Shown here piece after piece: positions 23,177-36,317 of a stretch of 64,000 nucleotides of DNA. Numbering within the stretch: the stretch's first letter is position 1; each line of letters opens with the position of its first letter. The DNA comes from Minutocellus sp. GHC0000111. Its lineage: Eukaryota. Position numbers and translations under genes: made by a program. Location of the stretch: contig OZ361257.1 of assembly GCA_977018835.1 (NCBI GenBank), positions 3,782,001-3,846,000 of the forward strand, given 5' to 3'. The notes under the pieces are model-generated. The model did no database searches and had not been told where the DNA came from. It worked only from the letters and a program-made list of their open reading frames with translations.

Positions 23177-26100
23177 TTACTCCTTCACTTCCTTCAGTTC
23201 GAGTCTTTTCTTTAATTCATTGATCTCGAGCTGTCTGCAATCTGCGACCCTCTTCCACTGTTCTGCTTGCTGCAATGCCCACTGCGTAGCTCCAGTAATT
23301 GACTGACTGCTTGCGGAGAATGGCGTGGGTCCTATCGAATCAGCGCTGTCATCATTTTCATCATCGGCCGCCGACACCGCCGTCACAGACCGATAGAGAT
23401 AATCAATGACAGACGGTGCCAGGCAACGCACAGTTGGCTTAGGACCGTACATACAGTGCCTATCTACCCATAGGGTAACATTCCGGAGAAGAGTTGGAAG
23501 GGGCATCATGAGGGTATCTGCCTCTTTGTAGTACCCGGGATTGGTAAGGTCATTTCTGGAATCTAGATATTCCCACAGACAATGAGTTCTCTGCCGGATG
23601 CCAGCAACGAGCTCCCTCTCACGCTCGGTGTCACATAAGAGAGTGCCAAAGCGACACGAATAGACATGCTCGGAAAGGACAAGGAGATACTCAGCGTTGA
23701 ATTCGAAGTATTCCGGATACTGATTCACCAGCTGAAAACAGCAGTCGAGGAACTGTATGAAAATGGGTGATAACTGTCCTTCGTCACCGCCTCCACCGAC
23801 CTGGCCAGTGCCAACCCCACCCCGCTCACCTTTACCCTCTCCATGACCGCAACGAGTGTGAAAAGGATGGCCAAATGCCATAAAATCCATTTCAATAAGT
23901 GTACCAAATCCAACTTTCGTCCGATAGAACGGGTCAAGAAGTAGTTCAGACAGAGCCGCTACCTGAGACGTCCTATCCCAGCCATGGCTGCAATGCAGAA
24001 GAACAGGCAAACGATTGTACCGCACATGGAATGCAGTCTGCCACGATGCTGATAAGATGAGGCGGATGTGATTCAGCCACTTTGTGTCTTCAACGAGCTG
24101 TGACCATTGGACATCGTTGGTCAAAGGACTTTGGCAAAGAGAACTAATTTTCTGATACGAGTCTCGAACAGCATGTATGTTGCCGATCCCGAAGAAAGAA
24201 ATGTCGCAGCCAGTGTAATACGAAGTATTCTCGTAACCATAGCCTTGAGTCCGATTCGCCACTGCACTGCTCTTTGGGCGTAGATCCATGATCTTGAGAC
24301 AAATAGGAGGACGACCGCTGGGTTGTGACTGCATCAATAAGTCCTCCTCGTTCGTCCCTCCTATCAAAGTTTGCAAGAATTGTCGACCCGGAATCTTCAG
24401 TAGATGACGAACCTTGTCCGCAGATACCGTCGCATTGGCTGCAGACTCAGCAATTGTCCTAAGGTAGTGCTCATCTGCTGATGAACGATTGCCCTGGAGG
24501 CCGACTCGGGGTTGGGACGACCGCCAGATACTTGCACCATCCACAGCGTTCCCCCAAGTCAAGACGGGCATTCGACCCTCCGAGCGGAAGGCTGCAACCC
24601 TACGAAGGAGTCTCTGGCCCTCAGCACTCTCATCACTAATTTGACGAGGCCCGACCAGCATCGACGGATATGATGGGCAAAGGGTGTAAGTTGAGTTGAG
24701 CGATTGGATGATCTTCCAGGGAGAAGGATTACTCGTCCCCTCGCGCGAGTCCAGTACTCCAAGACGACCAAACTCCTTTCGGGGTTCATATCGTCTATGT
24801 GTGCACCTCGCCGTAATAATCTGCTGTTGCATTGATTGCTGCGGGATCGTTCCAGCATTGCTAGTTGAAGCGCCTGTACTAGCGTTTTCGATCTTTTGAA
24901 TGCTTGCCATGACCTCCGTTCTCCGACTCTCAAATGCGAAGAGATAGCCCAGATTGCGCCGACCGGGAAATGCATAGGTATTCAGAGCATCATGTGCTCT
25001 CACTGCATCGTTGTAGTTTGGGGCCGTAAAACCCAAGTGTCGAAAATTGTCCTTCCCGTATAAAGTTAGGCCAAGACTGTTATTAGACGTGGTGTATGGC
25101 ACTTGGGCAGCCGCTGATGCACCACCCGTGTACTGCGATACTCGCTCGACCCTTTCGATCGAAGCCAACGGCATCTGAATTACATGATGGCGCCGCTGCT
25201 GTCGTCTCTCCCAGTTCTGAGTCAGCTGATACTGCCTTGAAACAGATGCTGTTCGAATCACTTCATCAAGGGCAGCCGCACTCGCTTGGCATTCATCGCT
25301 ATTGAGTTTGCTGCAAGCTTTCTCCGTCGCGGCATCGCCACCGACAGTCAGCGCTCCAATATCTGTCGTATCGTCACTGGAGCCCATGCTGTTACCAGCG
25401 TCGCTGCCATCAGAGGTTTTTGTAGTGGCTTGGAAATCGCATTCTCGATACGCGAACAAAATGATTCTGTAGAATGTCATGGCGCAGCACCAAATGACAC
25501 AATTTGACAAGGGCAGTCCTCCTGTGGCCTGTACTGCAGCTTGTTCACTTTGTGCTGTTACTGACGGTGGCAGCATAGAAGCTAAGGAATTGCTTTCACG
25601 GTCACATGTCATCAAATCATAGTCAGTTCCAACGCCAGTATTGGTGCCGGCAGAGTCCCTTACATTGGACAAATGCGAAAGGAACATTATGACCCGCTCT
25701 CCGGGGAGGAGGGAATCGCCCGCTCCCTCCAGGGCACTGGCGAGCAGAGCCGACTTCATGGAATTGTCCATCTCGGGCTGTGACGGCTGTCCGTGAAGGG
25801 ATGTCGTCGGTGTTGGCGTTAGGGTTGCCGCTAATGCAGATACAGCTGCTGGCTGAGCCCCACCAGCCCCCATAGGCCGTTGTGGTTGCTGTTGGAAGGA
25901 ATAGGCAGCCGCTTGAGGCGGTTGTTGCATATGCGGTTGCTGAGATAGCATTGCCATCTGTGCCGGAATCGCCGCCGCACCTACCGCTGGTGATGCCGGT
26001 CCAGCTGCTGCGGCACTTCCCCGGACAACCTGCTGGTCCAAACTCGAAACGGCTGTGGCGGCCGCATCCTGTAGGGAGCTGGCTGTCTTCCGGGCCAGCG

Positions 26101-26865
26101 ATCCGGCCTGACTTGCTACGTTCTCATACCACGATGGCCCGCTGTTGTTGCTGGTGGTGGTGCCACCGCCATTGTCCCCCCCCCCCCCCCCACCAGAACC
26201 GCTGGTGCTCCCGGCGGCACCACCCATCCGAGCTGCAAGGGAGCTGGTGGCAGAACTGACGCTACTACTGATGATTCCGATGTTGGCATGCTGAGGAGTT
26301 TTGTTTTTGCTCGGAGCCACAGGGCGCTGATGCTCTTGGTGACGTCCACGAGGATAAGCATCAGCAGGACCATGGTACTACTCTCCGCAACAGTAGCAGT
26401 AGCAGCAGCAGCAGTCTCATTACCGAGATGTGACAGGGCCTCGGCGACGATGCTTTCCTGGTTGTTCCTCAGCAAAGACGCCGCTGCCGAAGGAGGCGGA
26501 TGTGAATCGATAACGGCCGAAGGCGCCGCCGCCGCTGAAGGAGGTGGATGTGAATCGATAACGGCCGAAGGCACCATCGCCGCCATTCGCTCCTCGCTGA
26601 GGCTTGAGTTGGGGCTCGACATGAGAGCGGTAATTCGGGCCGCGCCGCCGCTACTGCTACTACCAATACTCGTACCACCACCGCTGTTACCACTGGCAGC
26701 ATCGGCAGCACCGCCGGTAATACTACTAATAGTACCCTCGCCGACCGCAGTGCGGAGAGGATCCAGAACTGTTACCTCCTCGTCAACTAGATCAAGATCG
26801 TCGTCATCGTTAATGGAAAAACCCTGGAGGGGATCATCGGTGGCTGCAGCAGAGGTGAGGTCCAT
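23177..26865 (-). CDS. Myotubularin-family phosphoinositide 3-phosphatase; apparent frameshift in the N-terminal low-complexity region
   Basis: Catalytic VLLHCSHGWDRTSQV, LCPSYP, FRSEGRMPVLTW, IWRSSQP, GIGNIHAVRDS, FGHPF, SPIFIQFLDC, SCRFGT. The upstream frame starting MDLTSAA (ATG 26865) switches to the main frame near 26375. Confidence 0.88.
26480..26575 (-). repeat. 48-bp in-frame tandem duplication in the myotubularin N-terminus
   Basis: Encodes PSAVIDSHPPPSAAA twice. Confidence 0.85.
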
Positions 26866-27428
26866 GTTGTTTGCCGCCGGAACTCGAACGAAAAACTCCT
26901 GGACAAGCTCGAGAACACTAACCAAACGTCCTTCGATCGCAATATATATGCTTTGTATCTTGACTTGCAGGAGGTAGGCCTACTAAGCGCGACTGTCCGC
27001 TGGCCTAGCTAGGTTCCGGGGCGGCGCGCTGATGCTCGATGCTGCTCTGCTACGTAGCTACCCGTTGTGTGTCTTGATGATTCGATTCGATTCGGTCATT
27101 CGATTCGATTATTATTCCCCGCTGCTGCTGCTTGCTGCTGGGCTGCTGCAGCTGGGTGCTTCGCTCTGACAACTCGACTCGACTCGACTCACTCGACTCG
27201 ATTGCGACTGAGATGACGCAAAGGAGTGGTGGACTGACTGATGACTGATGGACTGACTGATGATGGATGGAGCGGAGATTGAAAGATTGAGATACTACGT
27301 AGTATTGAGATGCCAATTGGTAAGCCCAAGACTTCCTACGTACGAAGTGGAACTCGTAGCTATTCGCTGCTCCCACTACTACGTAGTTGCTAGGACAAGT
27401 ACGTAGTAGCTACTACTTCTCGAGGGGA

Positions 27429-29342
27429 ATGATTCGAGGAGCCCGTCTCTCTGATGACCACCAAGATCGTCGTCCACAACCAGTAAGGCAGGGGCGTTGT
27501 GCTACCGCTATTTTCTGGTTGCGGTTGGCGGTACGTGTACTTCTAGTAGTAGGTGGTGGGTGCAGTACCGCCAGCGGCGGTGGAATTGCCTCCGCTGATG
27601 CCCTTACTCCTCATTCGTCCAAATGTGGTGCTTCTGGTAGTAGGCCCGCTTGGGTGAGTTCCTGGCAAAGTGGTGGCACTCACACTAGTACCACTGCCCG
27701 GGACGTTCGCAGCAAACGGTGGCTGCGACAACAGCAACAGAGACTTTCGCCCATGGTCAAATCCAATGGTCTTTGCACACATGTACACATGATGAGGGGA
27801 GGCCATTCCGCACCATTAGACGTCCCAACCTCAATGAACGCTCCACGTCGTCACTTTCGACCCAGTAGGATGCCAAGATCCTTTTTTGAGAGGATGAGAG
27901 CATTGAACTTGCCAGCATCGTCCAGTCCAAGAGACGAAGGAATGGATAGAACGGAGCAACATTCCCAACGGAGGAAACTTGGCATATCTGCTGCGCTGTT
28001 CGCCACCTATTATTGTGTGATGTTTGCAAAGTGCTCCCTTCCAGCAACTTTATCACTCCTCGTCGGCGATAATTCTGGGTTGAGGTTTCTGAATGCACCA
28101 TCATCGGTGACCTCGCCACAATATGCACAAGCCGCGATGGCCCGCGTTCTTTCCCTTTCGACCATTTTCTTATCGATCGGAAAGCTCCTTCTAGGTCCAA
28201 TCATCGACGCCGCTACAGGAATATTCTGTCTCAAATTTTCCCTATTTGTGTTATCCTGTTGTCTTGGTACTATTACCTTTCGTTATTTCGCCCTGGCTTG
28301 GATTTGTGTCGACTTTGTCTTCTCAGCGTGTTGGGCGGCATGCTTGAATGCGATCCATAGTAGTTTCGAAGAAGAGGAATGGCCGGGAGCTATTGGCATG
28401 CTTGCAATTGCCGCTCGCACGGGCAACGCCAGCGCATTTCTCATCTTCGGCGCGTTGCTCGAAAATGTCGCCGACCACGGTGGAGCAACAATTTGGACGA
28501 AGTTTGCCGGCAGGAACGAGTCATGGCGTGTCGTTTTTGCCCTATCCGCAGTAATTCAAACAATCCCAATCGTTCTCTTGTCGATATTTTCACCCCAAAA
28601 GAGACTTTTGTCCAAAGCGAATTCGGATGATGCAAAGAAGGAGGTTCTTGACGCATCTAATGGTAATACTGAACAATCATCCGGTAGATCTACTAGTATT
28701 CATGATTCTTTGCGGATTCTTTGGAGTGTTGCCAGCGAATTTCCCTTTTGGCTCCATCTATTGTCTCGTGCGGCACTGATGGTTTTCGCATCTTTTCTGA
28801 TGTTTGTGCCATCTCTGATGTCTAACTGTTTTGGCATATCAAGCGCTCTGGCCGCCAAGACTGGTTCCCTCTATGCCTTGGGGTGCCTGTTGGCAGTTTC
28901 GATTGGATCAAAGCCTTACAACAACCTCGATGGCCGCAGCAAGATTGTTGCAAATGCGGTGCAGCTTGGAACAGCCACTTTTTCGGCCCTCACACTGTTG
29001 CTGCACGTTCGTGGTGCGATATCTCTCCCGCCCTCCTTTGGCATGTTCCTGATGTTTATTTGGGGGGTTTCATTTGCAGTGCCTTTCTACATTCCGTCAT
29101 CGATATTCGCGCTGGAAAGAGGTGGGAAGAAATCCTCTGCAACGATATCAGACTTTTTCGACTTCTTTGGTTTTCTCTGCCTGGCCGTCTTCAATGGGCA
29201 TGCAGCCTCTATTCAACAAAATATCATGATTCAATGGTCCTTGTGCTTTGTGATACTTGCTTCATGTTCCGCAACCTCTCTAGTGTGCCTTACCTTGCTG
29301 GAGCTGATTTCCGATCGCAAAAGAGTTTCTACTATCAAGTAG
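27429..29342 (+). CDS. Major facilitator superfamily transporter with long N-terminal extension
   Basis: Roughly 12 hydrophobic segments in two halves; SIGKLLLGPIID and WRVVF motifs; hydrophilic central loop. Start codon uncertain. Confidence 0.75.
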   Translation: MIRGARLSDDHQDRRPQPVRQGRCATAIFWLRLAVRVLLVVGGGCSTASGGGIASADALTPHSSKCGASGSRPAWVSSWQSGGTHTSTTARDVRSKRWLRQQQQRLSPMVKSNGLCTHVHMMRGGHSAPLDVPTSMNAPRRHFRPSRMPRSFFERMRALNLPASSSPRDEGMDRTEQHSQRRKLGISAALFATYYCVMFAKCSLPATLSLLVGDNSGLRFLNAPSSVTSPQYAQAAMARVLSLSTIFLSIGKLLLGPIIDAATGIFCLKFSLFVLSCCLGTITFRYFALAWICVDFVFSACWAACLNAIHSSFEEEEWPGAIGMLAIAARTGNASAFLIFGALLENVADHGGATIWTKFAGRNESWRVVFALSAVIQTIPIVLLSIFSPQKRLLSKANSDDAKKEVLDASNGNTEQSSGRSTSIHDSLRILWSVASEFPFWLHLLSRAALMVFASFLMFVPSLMSNCFGISSALAAKTGSLYALGCLLAVSIGSKPYNNLDGRSKIVANAVQLGTATFSALTLLLHVRGAISLPPSFGMFLMFIWGVSFAVPFYIPSSIFALERGGKKSSATISDFFDFFGFLCLAVFNGHAASIQQNIMIQWSLCFVILASCSATSLVCLTLLELISDRKRVSTIK

Positions 29343-29520
29343 GTAGGGCGTTTTCACGTCGTGGTGGTGGTGGTTGAATGTATTTATTTGAACCTCAAGT
29401 AGTTAATGAGTAGCCACACTTCATCAGTAAGCAATCACATCACATACTGTAGCCTAAAGATTCACATAAAGAGAACTCCTTGGTATCGTCAGGCAGTAGG
29501 AGGGTATCGCATAAGAGTGT

Positions 29521-30323
29521 CTATAGAGATCTAATGTTAGCAGATAGTAGCGATGCAGATATCTTGTGCATGACGTTGATCTTGAGGGTAGACCGGAGGC
29601 AACGGAACTGGAACACTCGTACTAGTAGAGCTTGAACCTTCTTCGACTGGATTGCCCAACTTTTACAGCCCCAAAGTAGCACGTTGACGATGATGGCCTT
29701 CTCGAAACACATTCGTAGCGCAAACTGTAGTGCAAACATAATAGTTTTCATGCCTGAGTTCACAGCTATCACCTGAGTGGCGAGAGGCAAGAGCGATGGC
29801 AGTTGACGACGTTACATGCGCAGCACACTCGTGGGCTTCGTCTCGGGCTGGAGTAAAGGGCGTTGGGAGGGACAATCCTCCGACGGTTTAAGGTCTTGCA
29901 CAGACTGTAGGTGCCAAGATCGATGCCGAGACATATCTCCATATTTCTCGGCCTGTAAATTCCTCCGACTGCACGAGCTTGAACAGTTGTTGGAATTCGG
30001 CTCCCACCGTGACCTTTCCATTCGGAGCTGCCTCGAATGGTGCCATCATCCTCCTGCTACTACGTAGCTAGTTGATAGGTTGCACATGTACGACAACTTT
30101 TCGATCTACATCATACGTCGAAGGTCCATGACCCGAATGATGTCTTGGATCTGGCACAACTCAAGGATGTGCTCTCTCGACTTGATGGCCCAGCTTTCAC
30201 AGCGCGAAGAGAATGTTGCCAGAAGGTAGCTTGACAAAGACAAACTAAACAGCTCTTGGTGTTTTCACGAAAGAGCCGACACCCCCTGCGCGATGTTTCG
30301 CAAAAACCTCTTATCAAATTCAA
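29521..30323 (-). mobile_element. Degenerate non-LTR retrotransposon (RTE-like LINE) RT relic
   Basis: KAIIVNVLLWGCKSWAI...FQFRCLRSTLKI matches the RTE post-RT motif (LLYGxExW...RCLRxIL); fragmented by stops and frameshifts. Confidence 0.65.
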
Positions 30324-31026
30324 TTTACTGCAAATAGGTGTTAGGGACCCTACGTAGTAGTAGTAGCCTACAGTTGCAACTGTAGGCTAGCTTTAGATGA
30401 GTAGTAGCTCTAGCTACTACGTAGTACGTAGACCATAAAGTTTGACACATGTGCCATTGGTACTAGCGTACGTAGCTACGTACGTAGAGGATTGATCTCG
30501 GGGGTAGTACGTAAATGTAGGCCTACGCCCTACATGCATGTAAATATATTGATTGCATTTTATTCGTGATGAGAGAAGAGGCATAACAATATTTTTTAGT
30601 GTACTAGTCTAGTGTAAAAGTGGCTAAGTTTGTGAAAGGCTACGTCGTAGTTCGCAGTTGTCGCAGTGTGTAATTGATGCCAACATCCAATTGGTACGTA
30701 GGGTTTCTCGTAGTGATCAAATTTCCGAAAGGGAGCTTCGCAGTCTTCATGAGGAGCATCGGGAAGCACTCTATCTAGCTTGTACGCCCACCACCACGCT
30801 GAAAAAAAGCAAACTACCTGGCCAGAAAGCCGAAATCAGCTGATTTCTGAAAAAAATCAGCTGATTAATCAGCCGACCGACAACGCGGGCGAAGCAAGCG
30901 AAACGGTACCCATGACCCAAGAATCGGCTGATTGAAATCGACACCGTCACTCCCGCGTCTGCAACCCGCACGCGTACGCGCGAGCTAAAAGAGCACAACA
31001 CAATAGTCGCTACTTGTAGGCACCCG

Positions 31027-31380
31027 ATGTCCTCTTCTCCTCGACGATCCGCGCCTGTTGGTCGCGGCGACAACCGCAATGTGCGTCAGCACGCCCGTCC
31101 CATTCGCGCCAACATCCTTCGTGACACGGACGCCGTCGTAAAGTGTCTCGAGCGAGCCGTCCCGGACGTCGAGTTCTCTTTGAGCGGGAGCAAGAAGAAG
31201 AAAAATAATACCTTTGACTTCGATGCAATGGTAAAGGACGTCAACAACCTTCGCGACCGGCTCATCTACGCCAAGACCGCAGCGCAAGCTGAGGAGCTCC
31301 GCCAAAAGAACTACCGTGAACTCACTGAGGGGCTGTGCTACAATGACCCCTCTGCATCTTTCCCTATTGCGTACCTGTAA
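31027..31380 (+). CDS. Hypothetical 117-aa ORF, possibly a TE fragment
   Basis: Coding-like composition within repeat-rich DNA; no recognisable motif. Confidence 0.3.
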   Translation: MSSSPRRSAPVGRGDNRNVRQHARPIRANILRDTDAVVKCLERAVPDVEFSLSGSKKKKNNTFDFDAMVKDVNNLRDRLIYAKTAAQAEELRQKNYRELTEGLCYNDPSASFPIAYL

Positions 31381-31528
31381 CAAATTAGGTTCTGTTGATA
31401 CCTAGATCTACCACTAGATTCTACCTAATCCAAATATTTGTAACGCGATATATATAGTAGATCTAATTTGAGGGTGAATTATAATTGGGTGGGGCTACTT
31501 ATGAGACGGGGCAACTTACGAGAAACTA

Positions 31529-31667
31529 GGAGAGGGTTTCGGTTTGAAAAAGAGAAAATCGGGCCATAAGGACCTGATATGGTAATCCAGATTCTGGCGA
31601 ATCGCTGAAAAAAAAACAGCTCAGGATTTGGGTCCAAGTACAAATTTTGAACAACCGAAGTCACTCC
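31529..31667. mobile_element. Internally deleted copy of the GG...CC MITE at 22644
   Basis: GGAGAGGGTTTCGGTTTGAAAAAGAGAA...TCAGGATTTGGGTCCAAGTACAAATTTTGA...ACAACCGAAGTCACTCC. Confidence 0.8.
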
Positions 31668-31957
31668 TCTAAATTTAATAAAGCTCTGATGGTGGTTCGT
31701 ACAAATAGTTAATAACTTTATAATTCTGCCATGAATGCAAACGCATTTCGTGTCCCGATGTATTGGTTGTACAATCATGTCTAACAAACACGCGCCGTGC
31801 AGACTTTTTGTCTCCTCTTTCCCAGTACCGCTTCTTCATCCAAAGAATGAGGTGAAATGTTGAGAAAGATTCTGAGACGACTTTCTCGCCACCAGATTCT
31901 GGGAATATATATATGTGCACTGGAAATGAAAAGAAAATAGTGAAATTAGAGAAGATT

Positions 31958-33494
31958 TTAATCAGTTTTGGATCGCTTGGCGGTATTAGTATCCTGGTCG
32001 TCATCGCCTTCTCCGTCCACCTTGCGCTTAATGTTGCCTTCTCCGACAGCCGCAGCTTCGAGGGCCTTCATTTGCCTCTCCCTTTCGGCGATCTCGGCCT
32101 TGAGCTTCCGAAGCTGCTCTTCCGCATCTTCAGTTGCTTTTTGCACTGTGTCTTTAGGCTCAGTAGGGGCGGAAGGTGGGGCTGCCATGGGTGCGGCTGA
32201 TGGATGAGTAGATGCCTTCTGCTGGACCTGCGGTTGCTGTTGTGACTGCTGCTGCTGCTGTTGCGACACAGGAGGCTGGGCAGCAAGAATGGACTGAGAC
32301 GGCGGCTGCGCTTGTCCCTGCTGCTGTGGTACAGTCGCCCCAATTGTCTGCCCCATGCCCGGGGCGATGCCTTGTGCGAGTCCACCCGCGCCTCCAACAG
32401 TGACACCGCTAGCAGGACCAGCCATGGGTTGATTCATCGAGACTCCAGGCTGACCCATACCCCCCTTGCCTTGTTCAGAGGCTTCGTGCTGCTGCAACTG
32501 CTGTTGCTGTTGCTGAAGGTGCTGCTGCTGGTAGAGATTCATCATAAGGGTTGTCTCTTGAATTTCATTGAGGAGATTCATGTGATGAAGCTTGAGCATT
32601 TCATAGTGCTGGTTAGGATTGACACCGAGGCCAGCCATCCCGCCTGTGCTCATCCCCCCAGCAGTAGCACCCGGGGGTACTCCAACGCCCCCCAAGCCTC
32701 CTCCCATCATATCGGAGAGGCGATTAGGCTGGTCGCCTATTCCACCAGGTATGGCACTGTTGCTCTGCTGCTCTGACATGGAACCATAATGGTCGGCCCG
32801 GGCGGCCTCATAAGCAGCGGCGGCCCCACCACCAACGAGCGGTCTGTGGGGAGGAGCTCCGCCCTGGGCCCCACCACCACCAATTGCGCCGGCGTTGGCA
32901 ATAGCCCCGACATTACTGATTCCACTCGTCCCCTCTGCTCTTCCAGAACCGGCTCCGGCACCAGCATTGGTGCCCGTCCCAGAAGGAGCGCCTGATCCAT
33001 TCTGATCCCCACCATCGTCTCCTCCCGACACCTTGCCGCTAACAACCCGGACGCCTAGGCGTTCGAGTTCCAGCATTACCCACTCGCGTGATGGCTTGGG
33101 GCGCATAGTACTGCGCCACGCACGGGTAAGTGCCTTCGCACGGGCGCATTTTTCGTCTGCTTCTGCAACAGGAAAAGTACCAAGCGCAATAGTTTTGCCC
33201 GCCCACTACTCCCCAAAAGTAATTGAGAAAAGGAACAAAGGAACCAAAGGCTAAAAGGTAAGACATAACAAATTATTGCCTAAGATTTTTAATGAAATTC
33301 AACGCCCAAACAAGATAAATAGAGTAAAGGCAAAGCCAACTTGCTCTGAAAAACGAGGTGCTTTACTTTTTAGCCCCTTCAGTTTAAGAGTCAAAAAGAC
33401 TCTTTCGAAGGTGCGCGAACACACTAATACACACCTTCACGTGGACTGCCTTCTTTCTTTGCGTTGGATCGCTTTCAAATGGTGCCGTATTCAT
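31958..33494 (-). CDS. Putative transcription factor: AP2-like N-terminal domain, Gly/Gln-rich middle, coiled coil and basic tail
   Basis: Exon 33494-33435 (MNTAPFESDPTQRKKAVHVK), GT-AG intron, exon 33205-31958 (WAGKTIALGTFPVAEADEKCARAKALTRAWR...). Poly-Q tracts; KRK and KRSK at the C-terminus. The AP2-like call is inference from 'IALGTF...EA'. Confidence 0.6.
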
Positions 33495-33909
33495 TTTGAA
33501 AGATGTTTTCTTCAGGACAAATTCCTCGAAATACCCGATGGAGCGACACTCGTTGCGATGCACCTTTTCGCTTTCCGCAGAGACGAGACAGTCACAATGC
33601 ATAAGCCTCGTGACCTGCAGTGCTTGAATGACCCATTTTTGCGTACCTACAATAACGTACGTATGTTGATGTATTACAGATAGGATTTAAAAAAACTGTT
33701 TAAAAAAAAATGCCAGATAAATGAAGATCTACATGTACTAGGCCTAGTAACCAGTGTCGGCAAATGCCGACACATGCCTAGAGATCTACATAAAGACATA
33801 CTGCTGGACCTAGACCTACTACAAATTGTATTGGCTTAGATCTCATCGATAAATAAAACTGGGTATTGGTGTCAACAAGTCTACAAAGTGCAAAATTTTG
33901 ACACAGATC

Positions 33910-34858
33910 ACACCGCCTTCTGGCAGAAATTATCATGCTCGTCGTCGGGTGTCCCCATCGATTCGCCGCATGTGATTGTGTTCTCCAATGGTACAACTAT
34001 CATCCTGCGAAAGATGGGACCCGTACATACCATCGTTCTCGCCAAACAATTCACTCATTCCAGGGCTCCAAATAAATTGTTGTACTCTGCTCCAAGATTT
34101 GGACGACGATGACACCGCCTTCTTGGCAGAAATTATCATGCTCGTCGTCGTGTGTCCCCATCGATTCGCCGCATGTGATTGTGTTCTCCAATGGTACAAC
34201 TATCATCCTGCGAAAGATGGGACCCGTACATACCATCGTTCTCGCCAAACAATTCACTCATTCCAGGGCTCCAAATAAATCTTGTACTCTGCAAGATTTG
34301 GACGACGATGACACCGCCTTCTTGGCAGAAATTATCATGCTCGTCGTCGTGTGTCCCCATCGATTCGCTGCATGTGATTGTGTTCTCCAATGGTACAACT
34401 ATCATCCTGCGAAAGATGGGACCCGTACATACCATCGTTCTCGCCAAACAATTCACTCATTCCAGGGCTCCAAATAAATGTCGTACTCTGCAAGATTTGG
34501 ACGACGATGACACCGCCTTCTTGGCAGAAATTATCATGCTCGTCGTCGTGTGTCCCCATCGATTCGCCGCATGTGATTGTGTTCTCCAATGGTACAACTA
34601 TCATCCTGCGAAAGATGGGACCCGTACATACCATCGTTCTCGCCAAACAATTCACTCATTCCAGGGCTCCAAATAAATGTCGTACTCTGCAAGATTTGGA
34701 CGACGATGACACCGCCTTCTTGGCAGAAATTATCATGCTCGTCGTCGTGTGTCCCCATCGATTCGCCGCATGTGATTGTGTTCTCCAATGGTACAACTAT
34801 CATCCTGCGAAAGATGGGACCCGTACATACCATCGTTCTCGCCAGACAATTCACTCAT
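33910..34858. repeat. Tandem array of a 199-bp unit (about 4.75 copies)
   Basis: ACACCGCCTTC starts at 33910, 34112, 34311, 34510 and 34709; units are near identical. Confidence 0.95.
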
Positions 34859-35899
34859 CGCAAGCTCTGATCATTGGAAGAAAAGTGATTCTCCTTGTAG
34901 TCCGTGCTTGTGCCCTTACCTAGCTAGGTACGTACAGAAGTTCCTATTTCAAATTGTAGGTACGTCTAATGTGAATATACACATATTACATTCACCTTGC
35001 TCATCGACATACCGGTACATGTAGAATTACACGTACCGGTACATGCATTAGATCTAATGATGATGCTCACTTGCATGCATGATGATGGATCGGTGATGGG
35101 CTTGGCTCGACATGGCATGGCACGGCACGAGGGATTTTTAGTAGCTGCACGGTAGATCTACCGGTTGTTACATGTACATCAATTTCAAATACATTTCTTG
35201 CATGTACTTGCACATATATACATGTACATGTTGATCAAGATCTACTAGATCTAACTCGCCTACTAGTGACATTCTTTGCTGATTTGTAATATATCTACTA
35301 GATCTATACAACATGTATATATACAGTCCTGTAGCACAAATAACATCGGCCCAGAGTGCAGATAGAGAGGTTTCTATATACATGTAGTTCGTCTATGCAA
35401 CATGTACACATGTAGAATCTACGTAAACGTTTATCGAATTGTCATCTTGGGGACAAGATTAACAGTACATGTATGTAGATAGAGATCTAAGAGGTCTCTA
35501 TCTAGAGGAGTACAGGGCCCTACACAATGTTTCAACACAACCACTACCACCACCACCACCACCACCACCACATATAGATCTAGAGTCTACCAATCCATAC
35601 GTGTACACACATTAGAACTACCTGGGTTTGTTTCAATGGAGGCTTTCACTCTAATAGTGGCTTCACATGTAGTCCCTGACCACTGCGCTTCACCAAAGAT
35701 CACCAGTGCCAAAGAGCCAGATCTACATAAAATATCAACAGATTTACAGTCCGCGCTCACCTAGATCTACACACATGTAAGCAATTAAGACTCTGGCAAT
35801 CGGTCTTAAATTGCTCACATTTACCAACTCCTAACAACGGTGGTCTGGGCTAAGCCGCATGCTTTTGTGTGCTTGATGTGTCAAAGTGCTATGGCTCGG

Positions 35900-36110
35900 T
35901 ACCGGTAGGTAGATCTCAGGAAATGAGGAGAACGGTTACTCAGGTGATGCTACATGTATGTCGGTGTTTTGAATTCCAACGAAGCAAGGTTGACATGGAC
36001 ATCAACATTTGTATGGATGCCACCATTGCATTCTATTGTTATGTATTTTGTCCTCTCAACGTGCCTGAAGACAAAAGCAACACAGTTTTGATGTGCTATG
36101 TTTGCCTTTG
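35900..36110 (+). repeat. Degenerate dispersed repeat, homologous to about 40340-40570
   Basis: CAGGTGATGC...TGTCGGT...CAACGAAGCAAG...GACATGGACAT...TGTCCTCT.AACGTGCCTG is shared. 40265-40320 also matches 54430-54490 and 56165-56225 in reverse orientation. Confidence 0.7.
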
Positions 36111-36317
36111 AGCTGCCTCGAACGGTGCAATTGTCTGTTCTCCTGCTGCCAGCGACGCTCTGGCAATTTTCCGAAGGCTATCAATGTGCCAGTGCGCAAT
36201 TGTCTTGAGAGGCTTGGTGTCACGGACATAATCATTGCCATAGCCAGAAGCTAAACAGCAGCTGTGGTACTCTCGTGTTGACTTCACTTCCATGGAGCCT
36301 GCATCCCAACGTCGTAT

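Noticed and set aside
33910..34858. CRISPR-like array
   Set aside because: Whole 199-bp units repeat with no unique spacers; no cas genes; eukaryotic context.
35541..35570. (ACC)n tracts as telomeric seeds
   Set aside because: Short simple trinucleotide repeats, not TTAGGG-like; no further support.
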